Source: a virus
Lineage: Duplodnaviria > Caudoviricetes
Strand: one strand, 5' to 3'
Virus record (IMG/VR): IMGVR_UViG_3300032280_000659
Location: 1-64,000 of that record
DNA: 64,000 nt
Shown here: positions 49,903 through 62,271 of the stretch, piece after piece
Layout of the letters: the number at the start of each line of letters is the position of its first letter
How positions within the stretch are numbered: the first letter of the stretch is position 1
Program-made: the position numbers and the translations under genes
Notes under the pieces: model-generated
The model's input: only the letters and a program-made list of their open reading frames with translations
Database searches by the model: none
What the model was told of the DNA's origin: nothing

Positions 49903-51189
49903 AACTTAAAGACATAGTACCATATTGTTTAGACTCTTTCAAATACAGTAGTAAATACTATTGGGTTATAAATGGCCTAACTTACACTATTGATTCTTTA
50001 AAGCGATATAGTCCAGTGCAATCCTTACAAGATCATTATGATGATCCGTATCCTAGTTTGTTTCGTAATGATAACGAAGTATGCGACTATATTAGTCTGA
50101 GTAGATATAGCTTTATTAATCCAAATGAAACTAAAAAAAGCTATGATTCAGAAGATAACTATCTGTCATTAAATCTTAATCATGAGATTACTATTTTTAA
50201 GAACTTTATCATGGTTCATAAAACAGACCATACCACAAATAACGACGAGAATAATATCTTTGAAAGAATGAATTATTTTGTGGCAAATGGACATGAATGT
50301 AATGCTCATCACTATACAATAGGGTTGTTTGCTACTGATCCATTAGGAGGCATAGCAACTAATTTGCGAGATTTATTTAAAGACTTGATAAACCCGCCCG
50401 TCCAACCTAAACCAGCGGAATTGACGCTTGATGAGAAGCTAGATGATCTTATTGATGATCTTATGAAAAATAGTAGAACTACGGCTGTTAAGAAATTGAA
50501 AAGGATGTTAAATGAACGACTATAATAAGTTAAGTTATGATGAATTAGTAAAGAAAAATCTTGAACTAAGACAAATTATTACTGCTCTTAGAAACCAACG
50601 AGAAGAATATGAAAAATGCACAGCAAGAATTAATCCTCCTAATAAAAGCTATAAAGAACTAGAACAAAAACTTGCAGAGACAGAAGAAAAAAAGCAAAAA
50701 GATATTGATGAACTATGGGAAACACGAATTACTCCATTACAAAATGAAGTTAAAGATAAAAAGATACAGCTAGAATCAGCATACAAAGCTAACGAATCTC
50801 AAAAGGATAGGATTAGAGAACTAGAGAGTATTATAGCTAATCAAAATACTATAATTCATATGGCTGCTGGCTATATTAGTTCAACTCCTCAATTTAGAAA
50901 TCAGCATCCTATGAATGTATTAAAGTGGTTAAGAGGTATAATTATACAATGAGTAGATATAAGATTTGTAAATTCGTAGATGGTAACGGACATGAATGGT
51001 ATCAGATTCAAAAAAGATATTGGTTTTTTTGGGACTATTTATGTGGATATAAAGGTGGCGCTCCAGAATTTTCTCCAAGAAGAATTCCTTTAAAATTCTA
51101 TAGTATGGAAGAAATTGATAAATGTATTAAGCTTGAAGAAATACAGAATAATCAATTGCAAATTAAGAAAGTAGAATGTTTTGATTATG

Positions 51190-51672
51190 ATGGATAAATT
51201 TGATATTAGACCAACAATAATAGTATTGGGTATTTTAGTATTAGCTTTAATATTTATATTCTATTCAAATTATAGTGAGAAAAATTATAATGACCAATAC
51301 AAAGAAATCTTTATCAAATGCTTGTATTGTAAAGGTACTGGAGAACGAGAAGAAGATATTAATGAACTGATGTATCAAGCGAAAATGGCATTATGGTTCA
51401 ATAAACATATCAATATTGACAGGTGTGAAGTGTGTGATATGATTGAAGATAAGGATCAATATCCTTTTGGTGGTAAATTTATCTGTCCATTAGCTCAAAC
51501 TACTTTTATGTTTATGATGAAAGAATATACAAGTATTGGGACAAAAGTAGAAAAAACAGGTTGTAGTAAATGTATGGGAATGGGAACATTCTCCAGTTTT
51601 GATACGAAAACAGGAAAGTATTTAACTCAAGAGCAATATGAACTCAGAGAGGAAGCTAAATCAAATGACTAA
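51190..51672 (+). CDS. Membrane-anchored DnaJ-type zinc-finger protein, paralog 1
   Basis: TM helix then CLYCKGTG ... CSKCMGMG. Confidence 0.65.
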   Translation: MDKFDIRPTIIVLGILVLALIFIFYSNYSEKNYNDQYKEIFIKCLYCKGTGEREEDINELMYQAKMALWFNKHINIDRCEVCDMIEDKDQYPFGGKFICPLAQTTFMFMMKEYTSIGTKVEKTGCSKCMGMGTFSSFDTKTGKYLTQEQYELREEAKSND

Positions 51673-52325
51673 AGATGAAAAATTTGACATATCGAAGGAT
51701 AATGATATTTATCTACAATCTCCAACCTTAAAAGAAGTATTAAGAGCTAGTGAGGATTTGTGTCATCACTTAAAAGTTCCTTATGATCCTTATAAAATTA
51801 AAGTAACTACTGATTATGGACGAGGGATAGTGATTTACTACAAGGAAAATGATGAAATTTAGAACAACAATAGAAATAGATATTACTGGTAACAGTAAAC
51901 TATCAGAACAAGATGTTCAAGATTTGATGCAAAAAATAATTGAGCATGGATCGCTACATACCAGTAAAAACATCCAGCATATTCCCATCAAACAAGTATC
52001 GTTCAATATTACAAAAACAGAAGATATAACATGGACTACTAAATCTGGCATTAAAGTCTGGATTAGAAAACCAATTGTGATGTAGAACTTTATAGAATCA
52101 CGCAAACGATAATGACTAAAGATTTTCAAAAACAGTTGCTACATATTATCTCTAAAATAGAAAAGATAGAAGATTTATGCAAAAAAGAGGTTGCTGAACC
52201 ATTCGGGCCTTATCTTGATACTATAGACTTTATGAAGGTGCTTGAGGGTAGTAAAAAATTAACATATTCAGAAGGATTAGAGGCTGGAATATCTCATATG
52301 GCAAGACAAATATTAAGGATTCTTT

Positions 52326-52781
52326 ATGAACGAAACTAATTTTGATATTAAACCAACAATAATAGTATTAGGAACAGTTATAGGGCTATTATTCTGTATT
52401 TTTATTCTTAATCCTATTCATAAAAAGAATATACAAAAACTGTCAGAACCACCACTGATAACTTGTAATCAATGTAAAGGCTCTGGAGAATATCCAACAG
52501 ACGTTAATAAACTTATGATGGATGCTAGTTTGGCATTATTCATAAATCATCATCTTATGGTTGACAAGTGTGAAAAGTGTGTTAAACTGCCTAACGGCGA
52601 CGGTTATGAATACTGTGAGACTGTTGAATCAAAGTATCAAACTTTACTTAAAGAATATGGTGCTGCTGGGCCGAAAATAGATATGGCGGCTTGTGAGAAA
52701 TGTATGGGGATGGGCCAATTTACCACAGTAAAAAAAGATGGGTCATATATGACTCAAGAAGAATATAATGAAACCAATTGA
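52326..52781 (+). CDS. Membrane-anchored DnaJ-type zinc-finger protein, paralog 2
   Basis: FDIKPTIIVLG TM; CNQCKGSG ... CEKCMGMG. Confidence 0.65.
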   Translation: MNETNFDIKPTIIVLGTVIGLLFCIFILNPIHKKNIQKLSEPPLITCNQCKGSGEYPTDVNKLMMDASLALFINHHLMVDKCEKCVKLPNGDGYEYCETVESKYQTLLKEYGAAGPKIDMAACEKCMGMGQFTTVKKDGSYMTQEEYNETN

Positions 52782-53028
52782 AGTTGGATTTGATGGAACT
52801 ATACAGATTTATAATGGAACTAGTAGTCCATATAAAATCATATTTGCACGATCAACACATGATGATAAGGGGCCAGATGTTTGGTCAGCTAGTTGGAATC
52901 CTAACATAAATAACAAAATTAAGAATACATTTATTTGGTGGGCAAAGAAAGATGAGCCAGAATTATTTTATCGAAATAAAGATGGTAAGCTGTTTACTGT
53001 AAATTTTGAACCTTTTGAGGCATAGTTT

Positions 53029-53418
53029 GTGACTGGTTTAAATATACGGTCGCCTTGGTCTACCCTTTTAATTAATGGTCAGAAAACGGTCGAAACCCGC
53101 TCCTATCGCCTCCCACAAAGATTAGAAGGAGTTGAGTTGGCAGTAATTGAAACTCCGGGGAAATCGGCTAAGTTTAAGAGTAGAATTATCGGAACCATAA
53201 CTTTTAGTCATTGTTTTCAATATCAGAATAAAGGTCACTGGGCTTTTGATTATGAAAGACATTGTGTTCATATTACTAATGAGTATGGTTGGAAAGATGA
53301 TAAGCCTAAGTTTGGATGGGTTGTAAAATCTGTGAAAAAGTTTGAAAATCCTATTGAACCTCCAGCTAAACGTGGTATAATTTACGCTAGAAACTGCAAC
53401 ATTTTTGAGGAGAAATAA
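53029..53418 (+). CDS. ASCH domain protein
   Basis: LNIRSPWSTLLINGQKTVETRSY. Confidence 0.8.
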   Translation: MTGLNIRSPWSTLLINGQKTVETRSYRLPQRLEGVELAVIETPGKSAKFKSRIIGTITFSHCFQYQNKGHWAFDYERHCVHITNEYGWKDDKPKFGWVVKSVKKFENPIEPPAKRGIIYARNCNIFEEK

Positions 53419-56346
53419 AATGAATAATACTGAACCAACCAGATTTAGCAAAGAATTTCTTGAGTCTGCCAGAGAATGTGCATCATACATTTTCGATAGT
53501 GAAACTGAACAAAATTCTTACCAGAACTATATTGAAGAAGGACATGATCCTAGAGAACATATTATGTATCATGCTGCTATTATACTAGGTAAAGATGATC
53601 AATTTGATGTTGATATTAGTGAATATGAAAATTTGGAGGATCAAGTATGAGATGGGTTTTTATTGTGGCTAGAAATTCTACCATTGAGAAAGTTAAAGTT
53701 TTTGATGATTATTTTCAGGGAGAGATTCATACTAATGAGTATCTTAGGATAGGATTTGGGGTCAATGGGGTTGATTTTCCAGAATATCGTAAAGGAGAGT
53801 ATTATCAAAGTGCTGATTCTGGAGTTAGTATTGGTCTTTATAAGGACAATACCTAAAAATTCAAGTTGACCGCTGAGTATGACGATGTATAATGCAAGGG
53901 TATCGAAAAGTTATTTTAATAAACACAAACCGGAGTTTTATTATGAGCGTTTTTAAGATTAGTGTTTTGGTTGCTGCTTTTTTGAGTTTTGCTCTTAGTG
54001 TTGGTCTTTGGTTTAGCGGTATGCCAGAGGCTAAAGATAGTGGACTTTTTGTAGGTTTGTGGGTTCCTAGTATTCTTAGTCTTGGTAATCTATTCTCTTA
54101 TAAGGGAGATTAATCATGGAAATGTTTATTTTTTTTGCAGGGCTAATAATTACTCTGATTGTTAGTTCTGGTTTAGCTATTAGTATTTTGTTTTTGGGTG
54201 ACATGAATCCAGACTCTAGGAAAAATCGAAGAGTTAATTATACATTGTCTGATCTGAAAAACAGTGACAATCTTAAAAAACTCATAGCAGAAATAAAAGA
54301 TTACAAAGAAAAAGTTGGCTGTTGACAAACAACGATACAGTAGTATACTAGGGCATACCTTGGAGAAATCAAATGAGTCCAACAGTTCAACAAAAAGTTC
54401 AAGATTTGATTGATAAGTATTTTATTGGTGAGAATAATTACTATCTGCTTATCAAACAAGATAACCTAAATAAATTCTTGTCAGAATACAACAAGATTAT
54501 TATCACTCGTACAGTTGAAGTTTGTGGTCTACACTAATTATTGGAGAAAATATGACAGTTCAACAGCTTCGTAATAGCGGATATAAGGTTAGGGTTCTTC
54601 ATAATCGTCTTTACAATGGATATTATAAGTGGCAAGTGGGTAGCAAGCCTAGTGGTGAACAGGGTTATGGGCCTATTGATCCAGATACTAAAGGTGGATC
54701 AACCCAAATTATAATTGATGGCCCATCTGGTGATCATTATGATGGACTCGCTATTTGTAGTAAGAAAGAGAACTATAATAAAAAGCTGGGCGTTAGAATT
54801 GCTCTTGGGCGTTGTAACATTAAACAGCCAGCATATATTCCAGTCGAGGCAGAAAATGACTAAAGAAGAAAAATTGGAAGAAATTAGGCGAATGTGCTTG
54901 GGTATTATGCAAAACTGGAGCCAAAAGTCTAGTTATAATGATCCTTATGAAGATGGAAAAATTGTTGGTCGTTCAACTTTAGCTGAAACCATTTTAGATA
55001 TCATTAATGAATCATCAAACACCTAATACCATTATAAGTTTGATTGGTGGGCCTTTGTGCGGCGAAAGTGTCACCATGAAAGGTGGTAGAGTTCCTAATA
55101 GTATTCCAATGTTTTCAGAAGATAAATTTTATACATACAATCTTATTATAAACCAAGAAGAAGATTGGACTAACATTTATTATGAATATTCTAATGAAGT
55201 AATGGAGGTCACTACTAATGGCAAAGAGTTTTGAAGATTTGATGAAGAAAACTTGTTCCAAAGATGTTATTATTGCAGGATATAAAAAAGCAATGAATTA
55301 TTGGGCGGAATATATTGGTCTTAATGAAGCACAACAGACAACAGGGACTATTTCAACTACAAAAATTTTTAGACCATACACTATTACTACCAAAACGGTT
55401 AGTCATTATAGTAAACCAAAGAGGCGTGATCCTGCACGACACTGGAAATGAAACTATACCAAGAAAAGACGGTGAAGGTTCTTGATCAAATAATGTGCGA
55501 TATTTGTGGTAAAAATTGTACTGATGATTTTTACAATAACCACGAAAATGCAACCCTTGAAGCAAATTGGGGATATAGCACCAGCAGAGATGGAGACAGA
55601 TTTGAAATTCATCTTTGTGAAAATTGTTTCAGTGAAACTCTAGGATTTCTAAGACATAAAAGAAAAAGTGTTTTGGGGCCATTTAATTATCCTTATGATA
55701 ATGATCCTTTAAATGGTTATAGACATGATATTTAGTATAGTTTGAATTGACAGAGATGTTTCACTATTTATAATAAATTATTCTCATACCATACATAATT
55801 TAAAAAGCTATAAAAAAGACATGATCTTAAATGAATACTTAATAACACAGTTGGATCATACTGTAATGATCTTATTGTCTATAGATAATAAAGAAATATT
55901 TCAATACAATTACTGGAACTGGATTAAACAAACAGAGCAATTACATCTATTGAATGACAACCTAACTATTGGTCATATTATTTATACTACAGGAATTGTA
56001 GAGAACAATGAAGATGGTAGTATGAGTTATAAGAGCGAACAGCATCCTAAAAATTGCACAATTAACTTTTATTTTGGAAAAGCTATTCCGTAATGAAGAT
56101 TGTTATGAGAATGAAGGGAGTATGTAAATAATATGTCAGAAATGGCACCACTTAAATATTTATGCTATGATAAAAATCAAAGAAAACATATCATTAGTAT
56201 TTGTGATAATGAAGAAATTAAAAAACATATACTTGATCTATATAATTTGATAGAGTATCAGCTTATAATGATACATGAACAAAGAAGCGAAATTATCGCT
56301 AAAGAACATAAAAAAGCATGGAAACATTACGACAAAAAAGACAGTG

Positions 56347-56478
56347 ATGAAACAAGAACATAGCCATAATCCACTATCTAGAGAGTTTCTATTACAGAGA
56401 AATTTTTGTTGTGGTAAAAAATGTGTCAACTGTCCTTTTATTCCTAAGTGGCAACACGGGGCTAATAAAAAAATTTAA
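56347..56478 (+). CDS. DUF5522-like small Cys protein
   Basis: LSREFLLQRNFCCGKKCVNCPF. Confidence 0.6.
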   Translation: MKQEHSHNPLSREFLLQRNFCCGKKCVNCPFIPKWQHGANKKI

Positions 56479-57097
56479 GCTTTGGCTTGACAACGCCGAT
56501 ATGATTTGATATACTAACGTATCGTGTTTGATGTTTTCATTGGTGAATCATTTGAAATTTTAGGTTAGTTAATTATAAGGAGATTTTGTGAATACTACAA
56601 GTTCATTTATTGATCAGGTTTTTGAATACATTAATACTCAGTATGGTAAGAATACACTCAAAACAGTTCAGATTAATAATAATAAGTCTGTTGTTGATAA
56701 AATTGTTACATCATCAATAAGACAAGAAGATAGTATAGAACATACAGCAAATAAAATCATTGCAATGCTGAGAATTAATCCATGAAGAAAAAAGATGTGC
56801 GTACCGATGCACACTCTTTCTATATGTCTGTTTACTCTTATATTGACATGGAGTATCATCCAAGATATAGTAAAATTTTAGCAGATTCAGACATATCTGA
56901 GATGCTTGTGGATTTTATCATCAGATATTATTGGGGAGGTAATACAGTACAGTTTACTGCTGGACAAACTATTAATGCTATCAAGATTAAATACAAGATC
57001 TAATGTTAGTAAAAATATGGATATTTCTTGCGTGTCTTATTCTTATAGAAACTATTGTGAATAGTTTTTCTGACCAAAATCAATAAAGGACGTTATA

Positions 57098-57403
57098 ATG
57101 AAAATGTTTATTACTGCCTTTAGCTGCCTCTTTTTTTTTCAACAGTCGTTATACGCCAACCCAAATGAGTGGATGCCATACATTCCCAATGCTCCAGTAA
57201 CTAACTATCAAGCACCAACATTTGTAGAAACACAGCAAACTATACTTACAACTATTAGGCCAGCACCAATTATTGTCTATAGTTGGGTTCCGGTTTATGT
57301 TAATCAACCAGTTATTTATGAAAAGTATAGTATTTTTTATAGACAAAGAATTGTAGCTCAACAGCCCGTTATTTATTGGGTTTATAGACCCATAGCATAC
57401 TAA
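57098..57403 (+). CDS. Secreted Pro/Val/Tyr-rich small protein
   Basis: Signal peptide-like N-terminus; YSWVPVYV..YWVYRP. Confidence 0.55.
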   Translation: MKMFITAFSCLFFFQQSLYANPNEWMPYIPNAPVTNYQAPTFVETQQTILTTIRPAPIIVYSWVPVYVNQPVIYEKYSIFYRQRIVAQQPVIYWVYRPIAY

Positions 57404-57659
57404 TCAAGTACCCTCTGGACTAAATGAATGATACAGCCTGATACTAATAAAAGTTTCTTAAAAAAAGAAACAATATATCTAGAACAAAAAGAAAAGATCA
57501 AAAAATTTTTACAAGAAAATGACACTGGTAATGTCATCAGATGTATTGTAGAAAATCTGGATAGTATACCCGATCTAACACTTACTCAAAATGTAGAAAT
57601 GTTTAGGTTAGTATCTTCCTTAGAAGATGCTCAACACTCTTACAATAAGATATTTAATG

Positions 57660-58271
57660 TTATTCAAGAAGATAAAACAACTCAAGTTTAATGCTGTGCT
57701 ACTACAGACAGACTCGCAAGAATCTTTGTGTAGAACATTTATTAGATTCCAAGAATTTTATGAGAGTCCAAAATTTAAAAACACTATCTTCACACTTGGT
57801 CAACTCAAGCATTGGTACAGCATCACCTATGGTGCTGATACATACCATAGAGATTGGGAGGGGTTTAATTTCCCTAGTTATGTACTAAAACCTTTTATAA
57901 ACGGACTGTTTGACCCATTAACAACAGAAGAAAGCGAATTAATATCCTTATTCAGATATAGAAATGACGATTTCTATGTTATAGGAGCAAACGATGAGTC
58001 TACCATAAGACATGAATTATCTCATGCTCTTTATGCGTATAGCAAACAATATAAAAAACATATAGATGTTATTTGTCACAAATATGATAAAAAACTAAAT
58101 AAAATAAAACAATATTTACTTGATAAAGGCTATTGTAATGATGTGTTAAATGATGAGATTCAAGCCTATACTACAGATAATGACGACGATTTTATAAAAG
58201 AACATTTAGATCCGATAATTGCTCATAAAATTAATAGGCTTTATACTAGCTATTACAATGAAACCAAATGA
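57660..58271 (+). CDS. HExxH-containing hypothetical protein
   Basis: RFQEFYESP, WEGFNFP, HELSHA and DEIQAY motifs. Confidence 0.6.
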   Translation, partial: LFKKIKQLKFNAVLLQTDSQESLCRTFIRFQEFYESPKFKNTIFTLGQLKHWYSITYGADTYHRDWEGFNFPSYVLKPFINGLFDPLTTEESELISLFRYRNDDFYVIGANDESTIRHELSHALYAYSKQYKKHIDVICHKYDKKLNKIKQYLLDKGYCNDVLNDEIQAYTTDNDDDFIKEHLDPIIAHKINRLYTSYYNETK

Positions 58272-58859
58272 AATAGATCAAATCAAAGTTGGAGTATTTG
58301 TATACGATATACTAAATAGAAAATATCGTATAGAAAATTACTCTATTAAATATTACGAAGGAAGTATTACACAAGTATTTGTGGATATTAGAAATGAATT
58401 TGGCGATCTTTTTCAAAATGTCGAATATCAATTTTTGTACACTAGTGTAGAGTATATGTCAGACTTAGAGCGTTTATTTTGTGATTGGGTAAAAGATAAT
58501 TATATAATATCAACACAAGACCTATACTATCTAGCCCTAGATGAACTAGATAAAATTTTTACATACTTTAGTGCAGGATTTAACTCTTATAATAGAATAC
58601 CCATAAACAATGACAATTAATGAAATAAAACGCTGGGCAAAAGAAAAAGGCTACTCTATTACTAAAGAAAAGAATGAGGATGGTACTCATCAGTATCTTT
58701 GGTCTAAACACAGTGATGCTTCTATTTCTGGGGTTACAACTAGTGTTAGTAAAGTGGCTACTGCTATTTTTAATCATATGACAGATAATAAGTGGGTTGA
58801 TCATCAAACAAAATTTAAAGAAGAACAAGCCGACATTAAAAAATTTACGGTGACTGATT

Positions 58860-59366
58860 ATGGTTCTTAAAAACTTATATATTGATAGAGAATGGGAAAC
58901 TAAATGTATAGACAAAATATGTGAATACATTAAGGATAATGGTTTATTTGATTTTGAGCTTGATAAAATAGCTATATTACAATTAAGTTATGAATATTCT
59001 GGCTTGATGGCACAACTAATGTCACACAAGCTATCTATGAAAAATGAGCCTATAGATATAGAACCAGTTAATATTCCATACAAAAATGAATTTGAACCAA
59101 TTATTCATCCAGATCAATTAGACCCATATACGAAACTTATTGTTATTGATAGCGGCTGTTTAAGCGGAAACAACTTTAAAAGAATAGAGAAGAAAATATT
59201 AGATTACGGCTTTATTAAAAGAAAAGATACATTTTTTACCTGTGTAGCGTGTGATCTTAATAGTATTTTTAAGCCAGATTTTTGTCCAATATATTTTAAT
59301 GGAGATGAACAGATGGTTCATTTCTGGTGGGAAACTAAAACAGATAAATTTAGGAGAGATAAATGA
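58860..59366 (+). CDS. PRTase-fold-like protein
   Basis: LIVIDSGCLSGNNF resembles a PRPP-binding loop. Confidence 0.5.
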   Translation: MVLKNLYIDREWETKCIDKICEYIKDNGLFDFELDKIAILQLSYEYSGLMAQLMSHKLSMKNEPIDIEPVNIPYKNEFEPIIHPDQLDPYTKLIVIDSGCLSGNNFKRIEKKILDYGFIKRKDTFFTCVACDLNSIFKPDFCPIYFNGDEQMVHFWWETKTDKFRRDK

Positions 59367-60010
59367 GTTCAGTAAAGCTAATTTCGGTAACTCCAGATGC
59401 AGAAAAACTTATGGCTTATTGTGCTAGAGTCTCAAACCCGAATAACCAAGATAATGATAATTATGCAAAGCTATTAGCATACTGTATTAAAAATCAACAC
59501 TGGAGTATATTTGAACAAGCTTTTATGACAGTTGAAATCAATACAACAAGAGGATTAGCTGCTCAAATTCTCAGACATAGAAGCTTTACTTTTCAAGAAT
59601 TTAGTCAAAGGTATGCAGATACAACATTACTTTCCGAAGATATTCCTCTATTTGAATTAAGAAGGCAAGATAATAAAAATAGACAAAATAGTATTGATGA
59701 TATATCTGATGAGACCAAAGTAAAATGGAATGTACAAATTCGTGAACATTTTTCTAAAGCTAAAGCTATTTATGATGGTATGGTTGCTGATGGAATAGCT
59801 AAAGAATGTGCTAGATTTGTTTTACCATTAGCAACTCCAACTAGGCTTTATGTCAGTGGTTCAATCCGTAGCTGGATTCACTATATCGAATTACGATCCT
59901 CTAACGGTACTCAAAAAGAACATAGGCTTATTGCAGAAGAAATTAGAGGAATTTTTTCGGAACAATTCCCCACAGTATCAGAAGCATTGAATTGGTCAAT
60001 AACTAATTAA
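59363..60010 (+). CDS. thyX: Flavin-dependent thymidylate synthase
   Basis: HWSIFE; QILRHRSFTFQEFSQRY signature; AKECARFVLP; TQKEHR. Confidence 0.95.
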   Translation: MSSVKLISVTPDAEKLMAYCARVSNPNNQDNDNYAKLLAYCIKNQHWSIFEQAFMTVEINTTRGLAAQILRHRSFTFQEFSQRYADTTLLSEDIPLFELRRQDNKNRQNSIDDISDETKVKWNVQIREHFSKAKAIYDGMVADGIAKECARFVLPLATPTRLYVSGSIRSWIHYIELRSSNGTQKEHRLIAEEIRGIFSEQFPTVSEALNWSITN

Positions 60011-60071
60011 ATTCTAAAGACTCTCTTGACTTCTACCGATACTATGGTATACTTCGACAAACGGAGGAAAT

Positions 60072-60983
60072 ATGAGATTTGGATTGTGTTGCATTTCGCT
60101 CAAACTTAAAGAACAAGGGTTTGGTCATCAAACAATGACTTATAAGCGGTTTAATTCTCTTCCAAGAGAAGAGGCGTTAGAAATTCTTGGAGATAGAATT
60201 CTAAATAATCTAATTACAACAGATAAAACTATTCAATTTTGTGCAGAGAATAACTACACTTATCGTGTTAGTAGTGATATTTTTCCACTCATTACTTACG
60301 ATGAGGCTAATGTAAACCTTGAAGATTTGCCAAATTATGACGCTATTCAAAATGAGTTTGATAATATTGCACAGAGCGTATCCTCTACTAATGTACGGGT
60401 TTCTGCTCATCCTAGTGAATTTAATAGTTTGGCAAGTCTCAACGAAAAAGTTGTCGAAAAAACAATTACAGAACTCAACTTCTACAGTAGTTTCTTTGAC
60501 AGAATTGGACTTCCAGCAGATCGTAGATCACCAATGAACTTTCATGTTCATAATAATAATGGAACTAGAGAAGAAATTACCCACAGGTTCTACAATAACT
60601 TTAAGAAACTGGACAATAATTGTCAGGCTCGTATAACAATCGAAAACGATGACAAACTTAATTGCTGGAGTGTCAAAGAATTAGTAAATATTTTTCATCC
60701 AATCACAAGAATTCCCATCTGTTTCGATTATCTGCACCACAAATGTCATCCAAATAATTTGACAGAAAGTGATGCTATTAATATGTGTTGGGAGACTTGG
60801 CAAACTAAACCTCTTTTCCATTATAGTGAAAGTCGATTTGGTAGTAATCCAAGAGCGCACGCCGATTATGCTACTGAACCATTAGATACTTATGGACTAG
60901 AGTTCGATCTTGATATGGAACTTAAAGCTAAAGACCTAGCTATTGCAGAATATAATGAAATTTTAACAACACTTTCTAAATAA
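60072..60983 (+). CDS. uvsE: UV DNA damage endonuclease
   Basis: RFGLCC, YRVSSDIFP, SAHP, IENDD, FDYLHH, HYSES, AHAD and ELKAKD motifs. Confidence 0.9.
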   Translation: MRFGLCCISLKLKEQGFGHQTMTYKRFNSLPREEALEILGDRILNNLITTDKTIQFCAENNYTYRVSSDIFPLITYDEANVNLEDLPNYDAIQNEFDNIAQSVSSTNVRVSAHPSEFNSLASLNEKVVEKTITELNFYSSFFDRIGLPADRRSPMNFHVHNNNGTREEITHRFYNNFKKLDNNCQARITIENDDKLNCWSVKELVNIFHPITRIPICFDYLHHKCHPNNLTESDAINMCWETWQTKPLFHYSESRFGSNPRAHADYATEPLDTYGLEFDLDMELKAKDLAIAEYNEILTTLSK

Positions 60984-61457
60984 GGAGATATAACTATGGC
61001 TCAGATCGGTGCAATTTCAATTAGTCCTAATGTTAACACACAAGCGATCATCAACTTGCTAAAGGAAGATAAGAAGATTACTATTGGACAGGAGCAGGTT
61101 GCTTCCGATGGTTCCAAATACATACCCATAGAAAAGAATTAAATGTCTGCTAATCTCATTCTTATTACCGGTATAATATACCTATATATAGCTATAGAAC
61201 AAGGTTATTTACATAATAACTATGGTATGTTTATAGCATATCTTGGTTATGCCGCAGCCAATGTTGGGCTATATATGTTAGCTTCTAAATAGGAGAATTT
61301 ATGAAAGAGCCTAAAAAAATTAGACTAAATCCAGACGCACCAATATCTAAAGAACCAAACAAATATAGATTACCACCTATTAATAAAACTGAATGGGATG
61401 TTACTGGTCAAGATAATGATGATGTTTATATATCTTTAGATTTGGATATGGATAAAA

Positions 61458-61916
61458 ATGATGAAAATAATTCACAAGACAATTAAAAAAGCATATGAAA
61501 ATTGGGAGCCTAATCCTCTTGTTCGTTGTTATCATTATTGTGCTGCTTTTGATGGTACGAGAATGATTGAGTTTGCAAGAAATAATCCTATTAAGATGAG
61601 TACCAAAGCTTTTAGGATTGGAAAAAGATTTAATATCCCTAAGTATTTGGAGTATCCTTATGTTCATAGTGAATCTCATCTTATTTCTAAATTACTTGAT
61701 CGCTATAACTCCATTGATCCTAATTGGAGTGTATGTGTCTTACGAATTAATAGACAGGGATTAATTCTTGGGAGCAAGCCGTGCATTAATTGCTCTAAAT
61801 TGTTATCGGCAGTAGGGTTAACTCAGGTATATTACAGTAATGACGATGGTGATTTTATTTGTCCTACCAGAACCATCAAAGTTGACGTATTGACAATGCC
61901 GATACCTATGGTATAA
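61458..61916 (+). CDS. Cytidine/deoxycytidylate deaminase-fold protein
   Basis: HSE ... SKPCINC zinc motifs. Confidence 0.75.
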   Translation: MMKIIHKTIKKAYENWEPNPLVRCYHYCAAFDGTRMIEFARNNPIKMSTKAFRIGKRFNIPKYLEYPYVHSESHLISKLLDRYNSIDPNWSVCVLRINRQGLILGSKPCINCSKLLSAVGLTQVYYSNDDGDFICPTRTIKVDVLTMPIPMV

Positions 61917-61953
61917 AGAAAGCGTTACTAGTCTATTCTTTTTTGGAGACAAG

Positions 61954-62172
61954 ATGAATTGTATTTATTGCAAAAATTGTGTCGGTATTGAAAGATATGA
62001 ATTTCTAATTGAAACCAATAGAAATGTAGTTTGTAAAGAATGTTCAGCAGAGAAGAAAGCTGTTGGATTTATGGATTGGGGACATAAAACAGCACCAAGT
62101 TTGGTTATGGTTCCAAGCAATGCTAAAGAAACTATTCGTAAACTTGATAGGGCTAATAGGAGAGCTAGATGA
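61954..62172 (+). CDS. DksA/TraR-like C4 zinc-finger protein
   Basis: CIYC...ER......CKEC. Confidence 0.55.
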   Translation: MNCIYCKNCVGIERYEFLIETNRNVVCKECSAEKKAVGFMDWGHKTAPSLVMVPSNAKETIRKLDRANRRAR

Positions 62173-62271
62173 AACAGATAAAATCCCACTGCTATTTTCG
62201 TTTTTCTCCTAACTGAAGCTATTCTATATTAGAAATAACAAAATTATTTGTCAATAAATAGAAAAGAAAAA

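Noticed and set aside
61458-61916. Deaminase as the A34-to-I editor of tRNA-Ser(ACU)
   Set aside because: Only generic HxE/PCxxC motifs; 26 kb from the tRNA; nothing TadA-specific visible.
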